This document shows, in pieces, positions 20,993-30,931 of a stretch of 64,000 bases of DNA. How positions within the stretch are numbered: position 1 is the stretch's first letter; every line of letters begins with the position of its first letter. This stretch comes from Gammaproteobacteria bacterium (GTDB lineage Bacteria; Pseudomonadota; Gammaproteobacteria; Eutrophobiales; Eutrophobiaceae), in the NCBI GenBank assembly GCA_965222155.1, contig CBDCTH010000012.1:1024001-1088000 (forward strand), read 5' to 3'. The notes under the pieces were generated by a model. The model was not told where the DNA came from, did not search any database, and saw only the letters and a list, made by a program, of their open reading frames with translations. The translations under genes were made by a program, and so were the position numbers.

Positions 20993-21709
20993 ATGAACAT
21001 GAAGAGTGACTATCGACGTATGTATCCGGACCTGCCGGAACCGGTCTATGAACCGTTGAAATTTACCCGTTACCCGGAACAGGAAATGATCCGGAGGGCG
21101 AAGGACTGGTACGAGGAATGCGATAGACGCCGTACCACCCGGCATTTTTCCACTGAACCCGTTCCTGAAATCTTAATCGAATATGCTATCAGGACTGCGA
21201 ACACCGCGCCGTCCGGCGCGCATAACCAGCCCTGGAAGTACGTTGCGATTGATGATCCCGGGTTGAAGTCGCAAATTCGCAAGGCGACTGAAGAGGAGGA
21301 ATACCAGACCTATACGGAGCGCATGAGTGATGAGTGGCGCCTGGCACTGGCGCAACTGGGTACGGACTGGATTAAAGAGCACATTACCGATGCGCCCTGG
21401 GTCGTGGTGCTGTTCAAGGAACGTTATCGCGTCGACAGCGAAGGCAGGAAATCCAGGAATTATTATGTCGAAGAAAGCGTCGGCATCAGCGCCGGCCTGT
21501 TCATTTCTGCGGTGCATCACATGGGCCTGACCACCCTGACACACACGCCCAACCCCATGGGCTTTCTCAGCGAGTTGCTGGGCCGCCCGGCAAATGAAAC
21601 TGCGGTATTGTTGCTGCCCGTAGGTTACCCGGCAAAGGACGCCAGGGTGCCGAAATTGAAACGCAAAACACTGGAAGAGGTTATTCAATGGAATAGAGGT
21701 CGGGATTGA
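20993..21709 (+). CDS. Iodotyrosine deiodinase (nitroreductase superfamily reductive dehalogenase)
   Basis: RRTTRHFS, APSGAHNQPW, EEEE...Y, LGTDWIKEH, YYVEESVGI, LTHTPNPM: IYD signature segments. Confidence 0.88.
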   Translation: MNMKSDYRRMYPDLPEPVYEPLKFTRYPEQEMIRRAKDWYEECDRRRTTRHFSTEPVPEILIEYAIRTANTAPSGAHNQPWKYVAIDDPGLKSQIRKATEEEEYQTYTERMSDEWRLALAQLGTDWIKEHITDAPWVVVLFKERYRVDSEGRKSRNYYVEESVGISAGLFISAVHHMGLTTLTHTPNPMGFLSELLGRPANETAVLLLPVGYPAKDARVPKLKRKTLEEVIQWNRGRD

Positions 21710-21810
21710 TTTTGCCCGAACACCAGGCTGAACGTGTTTATTTTCTATATAAGTAGAAAATAACCGTGAGTATTTTTGACTATAGGTGAAAATCACAGTA
21801 AAGTTACCTG

Positions 21811-22929
21811 ATGAGTACGACCCCACGCTATTTGACCGGACAGATAAAACAGGACCTCGAAAAAAAGATGGTGTTCGTGGCCGGTCCTCGTCAGGTAGGT
21901 AAAACCACCTTATCCCAGGGTTTGCCGGGGGCTGACACAGGTTATCTTAACTGGGATGTCGCTGAACACCGCGAACGGATACTTAAACGAGAATTACCAG
22001 TATCAAACTTATGGATCTTCGACGAAATCCATAAATATAGACAGTGGCGCAATTATTTAAAGGGTCTTTATGACAAGCGTCGTTCCGGGCAACAGATACT
22101 GGTGACGGGAAGCGGTCATCTTGATTATTACCGCTTTAGCGGAGATTCCCTGCAGGGGCGATACCATCTGTTACGGTTACATCCCTTTACTGTTTCAGAG
22201 TTGGGATTTGAATCAAACCAGCAGCTATTGGAATTATCATCTCTGGGTGGCTTTCCTGAACCGTTCCTGCGCGGCAGTAAGACTGAAGCGCGACGCTGGT
22301 CTCGTGAAAATCGTACACGTCTGATTAGTGAAGAGGTCGTATCACTTGAGCGGGTGCAGGATCTGGGACAACTGGAACTATTGATGTTGCGTTTACCCGA
22401 ACTGGTGGGTTCGCCCTTATCCATCAATGCCATTCGTGAAGATTTGCAAGTCAGCCATAAAACTGCATCATCATGGCTGGATATTATGGAAAGGCTTTAC
22501 GCCATTTTTCGGTTAGCCCCCATTGGCAGTCCAAAAATCAGGGCAGTGAAAAAAGAACGTAAACATTATCATTTTGACTGGTCAGTAATTGAAGACGATG
22601 CCGCCCGATTTGAGAACCTTGTCGCGTGTCATTTACTGAAATGGGTACACTACCAGCAGGACGTCGAAGGGCTTGATTACGATCTGAATTATTTCAGGGA
22701 TACGGATGGTCGTGAGGTTGACTTTGTTGTCACTGAGCGTCGTCAGCCCATAATGCTCATTGAATGTAAATGGATGGACAGAGATATAGACCGCAGCCTC
22801 CGTTACCTGAAAGTGAAATTCCCTGAAGCACAAGCCTGGCAGTTATCCGCGCTGGGAAAGAAAGATTATATCAGTGACACCGGCGTACGTGTGTCTCCTG
22901 GCGTCAGATTTCTGAAAAACCTTGTATAG
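21811..22929 (+). CDS. AAA_14 ATPase with DUF4143 C-terminal domain
   Basis: GPRQVGKTT, DEIHK, VTGS, GGFP, FENLV, EVDFV...IECK. Confidence 0.9.
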   Translation: MSTTPRYLTGQIKQDLEKKMVFVAGPRQVGKTTLSQGLPGADTGYLNWDVAEHRERILKRELPVSNLWIFDEIHKYRQWRNYLKGLYDKRRSGQQILVTGSGHLDYYRFSGDSLQGRYHLLRLHPFTVSELGFESNQQLLELSSLGGFPEPFLRGSKTEARRWSRENRTRLISEEVVSLERVQDLGQLELLMLRLPELVGSPLSINAIREDLQVSHKTASSWLDIMERLYAIFRLAPIGSPKIRAVKKERKHYHFDWSVIEDDAARFENLVACHLLKWVHYQQDVEGLDYDLNYFRDTDGREVDFVVTERRQPIMLIECKWMDRDIDRSLRYLKVKFPEAQAWQLSALGKKDYISDTGVRVSPGVRFLKNLV

Positions 22930-22945
22930 TTGTTGTTACAGCTGA

Positions 22946-22983
22946 TGATGATCCAGGGCTGAAGTCGCAGATCCGCAAGGCGA
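22946..22983 (+). pseudogene. 38-bp fragment of a second deiodinase allele
   Basis: Matches 21250-21287 with 4 mismatches, all synonymous (DDPGLKSQIRKA). Confidence 0.65.
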
Positions 22984-23046
22984 GCGTATTTCCAGAATAG
23001 TCGCTGAAAGAAGCTTTGCCCTCAAATACCGGCAGTAGCCAACTAG

Positions 23047-23359
23047 ATGCCTCCCCCTTGGTTGCTATCTTTAGCAAATTCGTTTGGTATAGTGCGGTTC
23101 ATGTTTCCTGACAAACTTGGAATAACTGACCCGGAGGATCGAATTAATACGGTTGGACTTTCTCTCTTTCATCGCAGCCTTGGGCTTATCCCAAGGAATA
23201 CAGGGAGGATAAAGAACGTAGTTGGAGTGAATTACAGGAGGAGTTGTTGACGTTTTCGACCGATAGCAAACAAATGCTTGCGTACGAAAGTGGACACTAT
23301 GTACAACTTGACCAACCCGGAATCATAGTTGAAGCGATTAGAGGGTTACATAAAGATTA
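23047..23359 (+). pseudogene. Degraded alpha/beta-hydrolase C-terminal fragments
   Basis: Ends in SGHYVQLDQPGIIVEAIR*, the typical catalytic-His segment. Confidence 0.45.
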
Positions 23360-23417
23360 AGAATAATTATCATAAGGGTCAGAGTAATAATCCAGTGAAA
23401 CAAGTGAGTAAATAAAC

Positions 23418-23885
23418 ATGAGTAAAACAAACAATATATTGATCATAATTATGGTTATTCTCAGCACTATGGCCGCACCATTACTTGCTGATGAACCAGG
23501 TTCTGCAGAGTTTCTCAATTCGGGAAAAGTATTTCCCACCACTGTCCCTCTCTCAGAAGCAGTTCAAGTAGGCGACACACTTTACTTGTCCGGACAGGTT
23601 GGCATTGTCCCCGGCACGATGATCCTCGCGACGGGTGGACTGGAAGGAGAGACTCGACAAACAATGGAGAATATTAAAACAAGTCTGCAGGCACACGGCT
23701 ATTCCATGAACGATCTCGTCAAGTGCCTGGTCATGCTGGCGGATATATCCCAATGGGCAACGTTCAATGACATCTACAAAACTTATTTTGATGAACACTA
23801 TCCAGCCAGAAGTGCGTTCGGCGCTAACGGACTCGCTATTGGCGCACAAGTAGAAATCGAATGTATCGCCACTCGAAAACAATAA
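23418..23885 (+). CDS. RidA/YjgF family protein with N-terminal signal peptide
   Basis: PLSEAVQVGDTLYLSGQVG...YPARSAFG...VEIECIA. Confidence 0.9.
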   Translation: MSKTNNILIIIMVILSTMAAPLLADEPGSAEFLNSGKVFPTTVPLSEAVQVGDTLYLSGQVGIVPGTMILATGGLEGETRQTMENIKTSLQAHGYSMNDLVKCLVMLADISQWATFNDIYKTYFDEHYPARSAFGANGLAIGAQVEIECIATRKQ

Positions 23886-23955
23886 TATAAAGGGTCTGAC
23901 ACCTTTTATTGCAGACCCCATTGTATTCTGATCTTTTATCACCGAGGAAATCGAA

Positions 23956-24489
23956 ATGAAATTCTTGAAGCCCAATTATCCTGTCGGACTTTTCATGTTT
24001 TTCGTAGTACTCGTTGTTTGCCCCGCCTTCGCAGATGAAGATCCGATGTCGCCGATGTACGACATGGAGCGGTCGGAGCCGAGAATGGATTTATCGGCCC
24101 GGCCATTGGCCGGTAAAGTCATACGGTACGGTTATCACACCTTTTGGGAGGTAAACAAGGACAAAGGCGTGCAGGGCGCGCCGGCGGCAATGGTGCACGA
24201 CTTATTCTTTTATGAAGATGGCGAGTGCGAATGGTTTGCACACGATATTTTCGCCGGTGAGCATGCGCGACAACGCTGCGGTACGGTTAAGATTGCAGAG
24301 AATATATATCAGGTCAGTTGGCTCGAGCCTGAGAGCAAACAGGTCGTCACTCAGGTTATTAACCTGAATACCTGGACGATAAATTCCAGCTTTCATTTCA
24401 ACAGCGGCAAAGGTCTGGCGCTTTGGCAGGGAGAGATATTCTCGTTTGGCGACATTCCTGACCCGCCTATGGCCGTACCGGTGAAATAG
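23956..24489 (+). CDS. Exported MoaF/phenolic-acid-decarboxylase-like beta-barrel protein
   Basis: Signal peptide (..PAFA); KIAENIYQVSWLE...V..VINL pattern. Confidence 0.55.
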   Translation: MKFLKPNYPVGLFMFFVVLVVCPAFADEDPMSPMYDMERSEPRMDLSARPLAGKVIRYGYHTFWEVNKDKGVQGAPAAMVHDLFFYEDGECEWFAHDIFAGEHARQRCGTVKIAENIYQVSWLEPESKQVVTQVINLNTWTINSSFHFNSGKGLALWQGEIFSFGDIPDPPMAVPVK

Positions 24490-24518
24490 CTTCGCTTAGC
24501 CTTTGCCGGCGATCCCAA

Positions 24519-24701
24519 ATGACTATGCAAAGCAAGCCGATTAATCAGATTAACCGTCGTGAATTCATCAGCGGAGTAAGTGCAAGCGCCCTGGCACTCA
24601 ATACGGGGGCACTGACGTTCGGGTTTGAAAGTTCTGCCCATGCGGAGCCGACCGGCACGCGGAATTTTAAACAACATGTTACATTGAGTTTAAAATCATG
24701 A
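24519..24701 (+). pseudogene. Stub with Tat signal peptide only
   Basis: NRREFISGVSASALALN...AHA then stops after about 20 residues. Confidence 0.5.
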
Positions 24702-24722
24702 CTTTTGATATGGTTAGAAACA

Positions 24723-25769
24723 ATGAATACAAACACGCTCATTACAAAACTGCAGGATGATATCCTCATCTGCGCTGAAGGCTATGTCTTCGAACTGGAA
24801 CGGCGAGGCTATGTAAAATCTGGCCCTTACGTCCCGGAAGTTGTGCTCGATTTTCCCGAGGCAGTCAAGGAATTGCACCGGGAATTCGTTCGCGCAGGTT
24901 CGGATGTGGTGCTTGCGCTGACGTACTATGCACACAGGGATAAAATGAAGGTAGTGGGACGTGAACTTGACGCTGAGAAGTTAAATCGCCAGGCCGTCAG
25001 GTTGGCCAGGGAGGTGGCCCGGGAGTCAGGCAAGCTGGTCGCCGCGAATATCTGCAATACCTGGGTCTATGACCCCGGCAATCCGCTGGAGACCGGCAAG
25101 CAGGTTCGCGCCATGTATGAGGAACAGCTTTCCTGGGCGGTGGATGAGGGTGTTGATTACGTCGTGGCTGAAACCTTCGACTGGTTTGCGGAGGCGGATA
25201 TCGCACTCGATATGATCAAGAGTTTCAACCTGCCTGCCGTGATTACCTTTACGGCCGTGACACCGACCACGGCGGACGGTTATGCATTTGAAGATGCCTG
25301 CAGGATCTTAAGTGAAAAGGGTGCCGACGTGGTGGGATTGAATTGCGGACGGGGGCCTGCCACCTTGCTGCCGGTATTGGCAAAGGTCGTGGAAAGCGTC
25401 GAGTGTCCCGTTGCGGCGCTTCCTGTTGCCTACCGGACTGATGCGGTTCACCTGAGTTTTATCGACCTGAAACAGGAGGGCAGGGAAGCAGGATTCCCGG
25501 CAGAACTGGACCCGTTTGTATTGACCCGTTCTGAGATGGCGGAGTTTGCCCTGGCCGCTAAAGACCTGGGCGTGCGCTATATCGGCGTCTGCTGTGGCGG
25601 CGCCCCGCACCATGTCCGGGCCATGGCCGAGGCACTGGGTAAGATAGTCCCTGCAAGCCGGTACTCGCCGGATATTGCCAAGCATGCGGTTCTGGGGTCG
25701 GAGGACGTGGTCAGGGATTACCGCACCAGGTACCTCAAGGAGCATCACGAAGCTCTTTTCTCTGATTGA
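24723..25769 (+). CDS. Homocysteine S-methyltransferase (betaine-homocysteine methyltransferase-like)
   Basis: EGYVFELERRGY, GLNC, GVCCG Zn ligands. Confidence 0.9.
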   Translation: MNTNTLITKLQDDILICAEGYVFELERRGYVKSGPYVPEVVLDFPEAVKELHREFVRAGSDVVLALTYYAHRDKMKVVGRELDAEKLNRQAVRLAREVARESGKLVAANICNTWVYDPGNPLETGKQVRAMYEEQLSWAVDEGVDYVVAETFDWFAEADIALDMIKSFNLPAVITFTAVTPTTADGYAFEDACRILSEKGADVVGLNCGRGPATLLPVLAKVVESVECPVAALPVAYRTDAVHLSFIDLKQEGREAGFPAELDPFVLTRSEMAEFALAAKDLGVRYIGVCCGGAPHHVRAMAEALGKIVPASRYSPDIAKHAVLGSEDVVRDYRTRYLKEHHEALFSD

Positions 25770-25816
25770 AGAAATAAAGTCAACCAGCAGGGAGCATCAT
25801 TAACCTGGTCTCTATC

Positions 25817-26956
25817 ATGACGGCAAGCAATCAGCGTATACCGATAAAACTCCTGCTCGGCATCGGCTTCGGCATGTTCCTGGGAGTGCTGAGCGCCAAT
25901 TCCATACCGGTCATGATCGGTTCACTGCTCGATGGCCTGGCCATTACCGAAGCTGAAGTCGGGGTGTTGGGAACGGTTGAATTGCTTGCCGTGGCGGTCG
26001 CGGCCCTGGCCGCTACGCCGCTGGCCGGAAAAGTATCCAACAGCAGACTGGCCGTATTCGGCTGCCTGCTCGCGGTGGCGGCGCAGTTTCTCAGCGCGGC
26101 CGTCGACAGTTTGTACCTGCTGGCCGGTATGAGAGCCATCGCCGGCGCCGGTCTCGGCCTGGCTTATGCGGCTGCAGCCATGGCCGCCGCGGCAACCGCG
26201 AACCCCGACCGGGTGCTGGGTTACGGGGTTACCGCCGGCTTGCTGGCGCTAGTCATCTTCCTTCCCTGCCTGGCCATGGTGGTTACGGCTACCGGCTATA
26301 AGGGCGCGTATGTTGCCCTGGGTCTGCTGGTCATTGTCCTGATACCTGTGATGAGATGGCTGGGCCGGGGAAAAACGATTGCAGCGGAATCGGGCAAAGC
26401 ACCGGCCTTGCCGGTGCGCTCCCTGGTTGGCCTGCTGTTATGCATTACCTTTTTCAATATAGGCTCCGGCGCCATCTGGAGCTTTTCCGAGCGCGTCGGT
26501 CTACAGGCGGGTTTTTCTGTCGAGGAGTCAGGTTTTATCATTGCAACCGGCGCCGTCAGTGGGGTGCTGGGGGCTCTGTTGGCCGGGTGGCTGGGCGACA
26601 GGTGGGGTCGCAGGCGGCCCGTTATACTCGCCCTGGTCCTGGCGGGACTGGGGTATATGATCCTGGCGGGCGCGACGAACAGCGCGAGCTATATCTCCGG
26701 TGTCAATCTTTACTGGGTGACGTACATGTTCCTGTTGCCCCTGATGATCGGCACCGGCGCAGTCATGGACGCCGGCGGCCGCGCCGCCACACTGGCCGCC
26801 GGCGCCATCTCGCTGACCTTTGCGTTCGGGCCGGCCTGCGGCGGTTTTATTGCGACCTGGTTCTCCTATGCTGCGATTGGCTGGTTTTCCTGTGCCTTGT
26901 GCCTGTTGGCCGCGTTGGCATTTTTATTGGTCCAACCGGCTGATAATCCTGGATAA
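25817..26956 (+). CDS. MFS transporter
   Basis: About 12 TM segments; WLGDRWGRR motif. Confidence 0.88.
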   Translation: MTASNQRIPIKLLLGIGFGMFLGVLSANSIPVMIGSLLDGLAITEAEVGVLGTVELLAVAVAALAATPLAGKVSNSRLAVFGCLLAVAAQFLSAAVDSLYLLAGMRAIAGAGLGLAYAAAAMAAAATANPDRVLGYGVTAGLLALVIFLPCLAMVVTATGYKGAYVALGLLVIVLIPVMRWLGRGKTIAAESGKAPALPVRSLVGLLLCITFFNIGSGAIWSFSERVGLQAGFSVEESGFIIATGAVSGVLGALLAGWLGDRWGRRRPVILALVLAGLGYMILAGATNSASYISGVNLYWVTYMFLLPLMIGTGAVMDAGGRAATLAAGAISLTFAFGPACGGFIATWFSYAAIGWFSCALCLLAALAFLLVQPADNPG

Positions 26957-27012
26957 AGCATTCATCATGGCAGGTTTCCCGGCCGTGTTTCTATCCTTTG
27001 CGACAGAATTCG

Positions 27013-27184
27013 GTTCATTCCTTTATATGGTTATAAATACTGTATTTCAGGAAGAAGTCTGCTTCCCCGTAATCAGGGTAGAGTGAGATCATTTTTTCCA
27101 TGGCTTCTTCCCGGGTCTGCGCCGGCTGGAGAATGCAGGTGTAGTCATCAATGTAGCCGATCATGGCGTCAAACATGCTCATAT
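27013..27184 (-). pseudogene. C-terminal fragment of a probable MBL-fold hydrolase
   Basis: MFDAMIGYIDDY...EAMEKMISLYPDYGEADFFLKYS...*; 5' part missing next to the TA pair. Confidence 0.4.
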
Positions 27185-27194
27185 CTCCCGGTTC

Positions 27195-27623
27195 TTACAC
27201 TGTGCGACTAACAATGTTAACCAGCGAGCGAACAAGTGTTTTAGTGACATTTGAAAATAGTTTGGGGGGTAAAACACCGTAGCTGTATTTTTTATCACCT
27301 TGCCTGGTAATCGGCCTGATATCCGGTCCGGGCCAGACAAAGCGATTCACTTCCGTGCAGATAATCCATGAACAATCACTGTCCAGATTTAAGTATTCTT
27401 TTACTTTCAGCGGTATTTCCACCGCCATATCAGGATTCTCCGGTTGGCCATGAGTAATCGCTGCAACGGTGACTACCGTATCGTTCCCCTTTATTTTCCT
27501 GGATAAAACAACGGCACAAGGCCTGTCTTTTACCCCTTCTTCTTGCCCTGCCTTATAATCCTTACGCCAGAGATAAGAATAATTGATAACAAGACCCGGA
27601 AACGGCTCTGGGATCTGTGTCAT
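27195..27623 (-). CDS. PemK-like toxin
   Basis: PGLVINYSYLW...G.EEG.KDRPCAVV...VAAITH. Confidence 0.75.
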   Translation of the reverse strand: MTQIPEPFPGLVINYSYLWRKDYKAGQEEGVKDRPCAVVLSRKIKGNDTVVTVAAITHGQPENPDMAVEIPLKVKEYLNLDSDCSWIICTEVNRFVWPGPDIRPITRQGDKKYSYGVLPPKLFSNVTKTLVRSLVNIVSRTV

Positions 27624-27638
27624 GTAGCGGTGTTCTTA

Positions 27639-27899
27639 TTATTCTTCGTTGAGTAACTCATTCAGGTAGGCGTATTCTTCCGGTACATTTGCCGCAGCAA
27701 TATCACGAATATCTTCTTCACTTAATTCATCGATACCCAATACCTGTCTGTCCCGGCGTTTGAGACGTTGGTACTCTTCGGTCGATAGCAGGATATATTT
27801 TTCCCGTCCATTACGGGTAATAGAGACCGGCTCTTTTAAAGCCAACTCTTGAATATCGCCGATATGACGCTGTAGTTCAGAAATCGTTACACTTGTCAT
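27639..27899 (-). CDS. Phd/YefM family antitoxin
   Basis: VT.SE.QR..G..Q..AL.EPV.ITRNGR...L.S.EEY. Confidence 0.88.
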   Translation of the reverse strand: MTSVTISELQRHIGDIQELALKEPVSITRNGREKYILLSTEEYQRLKRRDRQVLGIDELSEEDIRDIAAANVPEEYAYLNELLNEE

Positions 27900-28098
27900 C
27901 TGAATAACCTGTAGTTTATATATATCATATATATTATGTAGAGTATGTCAAAATAGCAATACTGACTTCAGCAATTCTTGCTAACGCCTGCCAGCTATTT
28001 GATACCGGGTTCGACAAGCGGATCATTTAAATAGCCTGGTTGATTACTGTCTGACGACCTGGCGTTGAACCCGGCAAACTGGTATTACTGACCCTGCA

Positions 28099-29352
28099 TC
28101 AACGTTCCTGGCGAATGCTGTTTAAATACCAGCGGATAAAAGCAGCCACCTTCGCTTCCTGGGTGGAGTAGGGACCGGGCTGGTAGCGGCTGGACGATAT
28201 GCCTGCATTATTATCTTCGGTAATCCTCTTGTCCTGTCTGGTGGTTACATCCCAGACCCAGGCCAGGTTGTCCGGGTTGTAATCCACATTTTCCTCGGCG
28301 TCCTTGTGTACCAGCCAACTGAATTGTACGTCGGTATTGACGGCATCCCGCGGGGTGAAGCGCACCATCATCGCAAAGTCATTAAACGCCAGTATGTAAC
28401 CGATTGGATTGAATACAAATGCCGTTTCACCGCAATCATATTGCTTGAATTTACCCATTAATCTTTTACTGGCGGGTTTGCCGTCCCTGGTTTCAGAAGC
28501 AAAATTCCGATCGTTGATAGGCACTCTTGAGAACTCAGCAAAATCAATGGAATACTCGTCCCGTTCGAATTCACGGACAGGATGACCCATAGCCAGGGTC
28601 TTTTCAGTCCATTCATCCAATATGGGTTGGTACTTGTCCATTGCCTCCTGGGGGCCTGAGCCCGGGCCCGCTCCCAACGCAAGTAACTGGTCCTGGGGGT
28701 GAACACTGCAATATTCCGGATGCGACGGGGCACAGTGGTAACATTCGATAAAGTTTTCCACCACGAGTTTCCAGTTGCAGTGGTTCGGATAATCCCGTTT
28801 CACCGCGATCTTCGCGTCCCCGAAACCGTGAAAATCCAGCATTTCGTCGAAGGGCGCATACTCCTCGGTGAAATCCGGCGGAGCATCCTCGGACAGACAC
28901 ACGAAGATGAGGCCGTGGAAAACGGTTACGTGGCACTTATGCAGGTTGAACTGCGACCGGTCGAAACCGGCCGGCATTAACTGCGGCGGTCGCAATTCCC
29001 CGTTCAGGTTATAGGTCCAGGCATGGTAAGGGCAGGTGAGCAGCTTTTTATTCCCCTGTTGTTCCAGGCACACGCGTGAACCCCGGTGCCGGCAGACGTT
29101 AAAAAAAGCATTAATCCGCTGTTCGGACTCACGGATGAAAATGATGGACTCGTTTGCGATTTCAAACAGGAAGTAATCGCCCGGATTCGGGATACGCGAT
29201 TCATGGTCAACCAGGAGCCATCTCCGGAAGATCAGGCTCCCCATATCGTGGGCAAATATATCGGCTGACCGGTAAAACGCCTGGGGCAGGGTATAACCGT
29301 CCCGGCACTCTGCGATCATGCGGTCAATATCGGTCTTGATGACTGCGCTCAT
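28099..29352 (-). CDS. Rieske oxygenase alpha subunit, glycine betaine/stachydrine demethylase-like (GbcA-like)
   Basis: NVCRHRGS..CPYHAWTY; NWKLVVENFIECYHC...HPE; Y.PGPYS C-terminus. Confidence 0.9.
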   Translation of the reverse strand: MSAVIKTDIDRMIAECRDGYTLPQAFYRSADIFAHDMGSLIFRRWLLVDHESRIPNPGDYFLFEIANESIIFIRESEQRINAFFNVCRHRGSRVCLEQQGNKKLLTCPYHAWTYNLNGELRPPQLMPAGFDRSQFNLHKCHVTVFHGLIFVCLSEDAPPDFTEEYAPFDEMLDFHGFGDAKIAVKRDYPNHCNWKLVVENFIECYHCAPSHPEYCSVHPQDQLLALGAGPGSGPQEAMDKYQPILDEWTEKTLAMGHPVREFERDEYSIDFAEFSRVPINDRNFASETRDGKPASKRLMGKFKQYDCGETAFVFNPIGYILAFNDFAMMVRFTPRDAVNTDVQFSWLVHKDAEENVDYNPDNLAWVWDVTTRQDKRITEDNNAGISSSRYQPGPYSTQEAKVAAFIRWYLNSIRQER

Positions 29353-29458
29353 ATTCAACACTCACAATAATGTAAATAGAAACTGATTTTCTACCGGGAC
29401 GCGCTGTATTGTCAAATTATGGGCGTGTCTGTATTCTTGTGGATGGTAGTGGTTATCA

Positions 29459-29492
29459 TTAAGGAACCTCGAATAAGTCCGAGGTACCTTAA
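29459..29492. repeat. Collapsed IS/MITE footprint (TTAA-GGAACCTCG...CGAGGTACC-TTAA)
   Basis: Near-perfect inverted ends between duplicated TTAA. Confidence 0.4.
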
Positions 29493-29526
29493 ACCACTGT
29501 TCTATATTTCAACAGGGTAATAGACG

Positions 29527-30861
29527 ATGAGTACTACACCGGTATCCGACAATATGTTGAACCTTGAACCCTTCTGGTTGCCTTATACGGCAAATCGTGC
29601 TTTCAAGAATGCCCCGCGCATTATTGAATCAGCGCAGGGGTTTTATTACCGGACCCGGGATGGGCGGACTGTCCTTGACTCTTTCTCGGGGCTATGGAGT
29701 ACCGGCCTGGGACACTGCCATCCCAAAATCGTCAAGGCGGTGCAGGAACAGGTTGCCAGGCTGGATTATGCCGCAGCCTTCCAGGTTGCCCATGCCGGCG
29801 CGTTCGAGCTTGCGGAGAAGTTAATCAATTTTGCCCCGGATGGGTTTGACCACGTATTCTTCACTAACTCGGGTTCGGAATCCGTCGATACCGCCCTGAA
29901 GATAGCACTGGGCTGGCAGCGCGTACGCGGTGAGGGGACCCGCATCAAGCTGATCGGGCGCGAGAGAGGCTACCACGGCGTCAACTTTGGCGGGATGTCA
30001 GTGGGCGGTATTCCCGGAAACCGGAAAATGTTCGGTAACGCCATGCTGCCCAACGTGGATCATCTTCCCCATACCCTCGACCTGGAACATAACGCATTCA
30101 GCAAAGGGCAACCCCAATGGGGCCGGCACCTGGCCGATGAGTTGGAGCGCATTGTCGCGTTGCATGATGCGGAGAATATTGCAGCAGTGATCGTTGAACC
30201 GGTATCCGGTTCAGCCGGCGTACTGGTTCCTCCCCTGGGTTACCTGGAACGCTTACGGGAAATCTGTACGCAGTACGGTATCCTGCTAATCTTCGATGAA
30301 GTGATTACCGCATTTTATCGCATCGGCACGCCGTTCGGCTGTCAGCGCTTTGGCGTGATGCCGGACATCATCACCACTGCCAAGGGGATTACCAACGGGG
30401 TCATTCCCATGGGCGCGGTGCTGGTCAGTGATGATATCTACCGGAGCTTCATGAACGGTCCCGATCATGCTATCGAGTTTTTCCATGGGTATACCTATTC
30501 AGGTCATCCGGTAGCCGCTGCCGCAGGCCTCGCCGCACTGGATATTTATGTTGAGGAAGATATCGGCGCCAGAGTGAAACAGCTTGAGCCGTTGTTTGAG
30601 TCCGCACTACATGCTTTGCGGGACGCTCCCCACGTCATAGATATACGTAATTTCGGTCTGATGGGCGCTATTGAGATGAAACCGCGCCCCGGCGCGCCCG
30701 GCGCCCGGGGAATGGACGTCCACATTAAATGCTTTGAACAGGGTCTGATGGTGCGCCATGGCATGGACATACTGGCGTTCTCGCCTTTTTTAACTTCCAC
30801 GCCGGATTCGTTTGAGCAAACCTTCGATACTGTGCGCAAGGTTCTCAATACGATTGATTGA
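29527..30861 (+). CDS. Omega-amino acid:pyruvate aminotransferase (class III, beta-alanine:pyruvate type)
   Basis: FWLPYTANR.FK, SGSESVDTALK, YHG, FDEVIT, AKG, HGYTYSGHP. Confidence 0.93.
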   Translation: MSTTPVSDNMLNLEPFWLPYTANRAFKNAPRIIESAQGFYYRTRDGRTVLDSFSGLWSTGLGHCHPKIVKAVQEQVARLDYAAAFQVAHAGAFELAEKLINFAPDGFDHVFFTNSGSESVDTALKIALGWQRVRGEGTRIKLIGRERGYHGVNFGGMSVGGIPGNRKMFGNAMLPNVDHLPHTLDLEHNAFSKGQPQWGRHLADELERIVALHDAENIAAVIVEPVSGSAGVLVPPLGYLERLREICTQYGILLIFDEVITAFYRIGTPFGCQRFGVMPDIITTAKGITNGVIPMGAVLVSDDIYRSFMNGPDHAIEFFHGYTYSGHPVAAAAGLAALDIYVEEDIGARVKQLEPLFESALHALRDAPHVIDIRNFGLMGAIEMKPRPGAPGARGMDVHIKCFEQGLMVRHGMDILAFSPFLTSTPDSFEQTFDTVRKVLNTID

Positions 30862-30862
30862 T

Positions 30863-30922
30863 CCCGCCATTCCTGCGCAAGCAGGAATCCATGAGGTGGA
30901 TTCCCGCTTGTGCGGGGATGGT
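30863..30922. repeat. REP-like palindrome pair between convergent genes (may act as terminator)
   Basis: GCCATTCCTGCGCAAGCAGGAATCC...GGATTCCCGCTTGTGCGGGGATGG. Confidence 0.7.
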
Positions 30923-30931
30923 GTGTGTGGG

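Noticed and set aside
21250-22983. DGR template/variable repeat pair
   Set aside because: Only 38 bp, differences are not adenine-specific, and no reverse transcriptase is in the window
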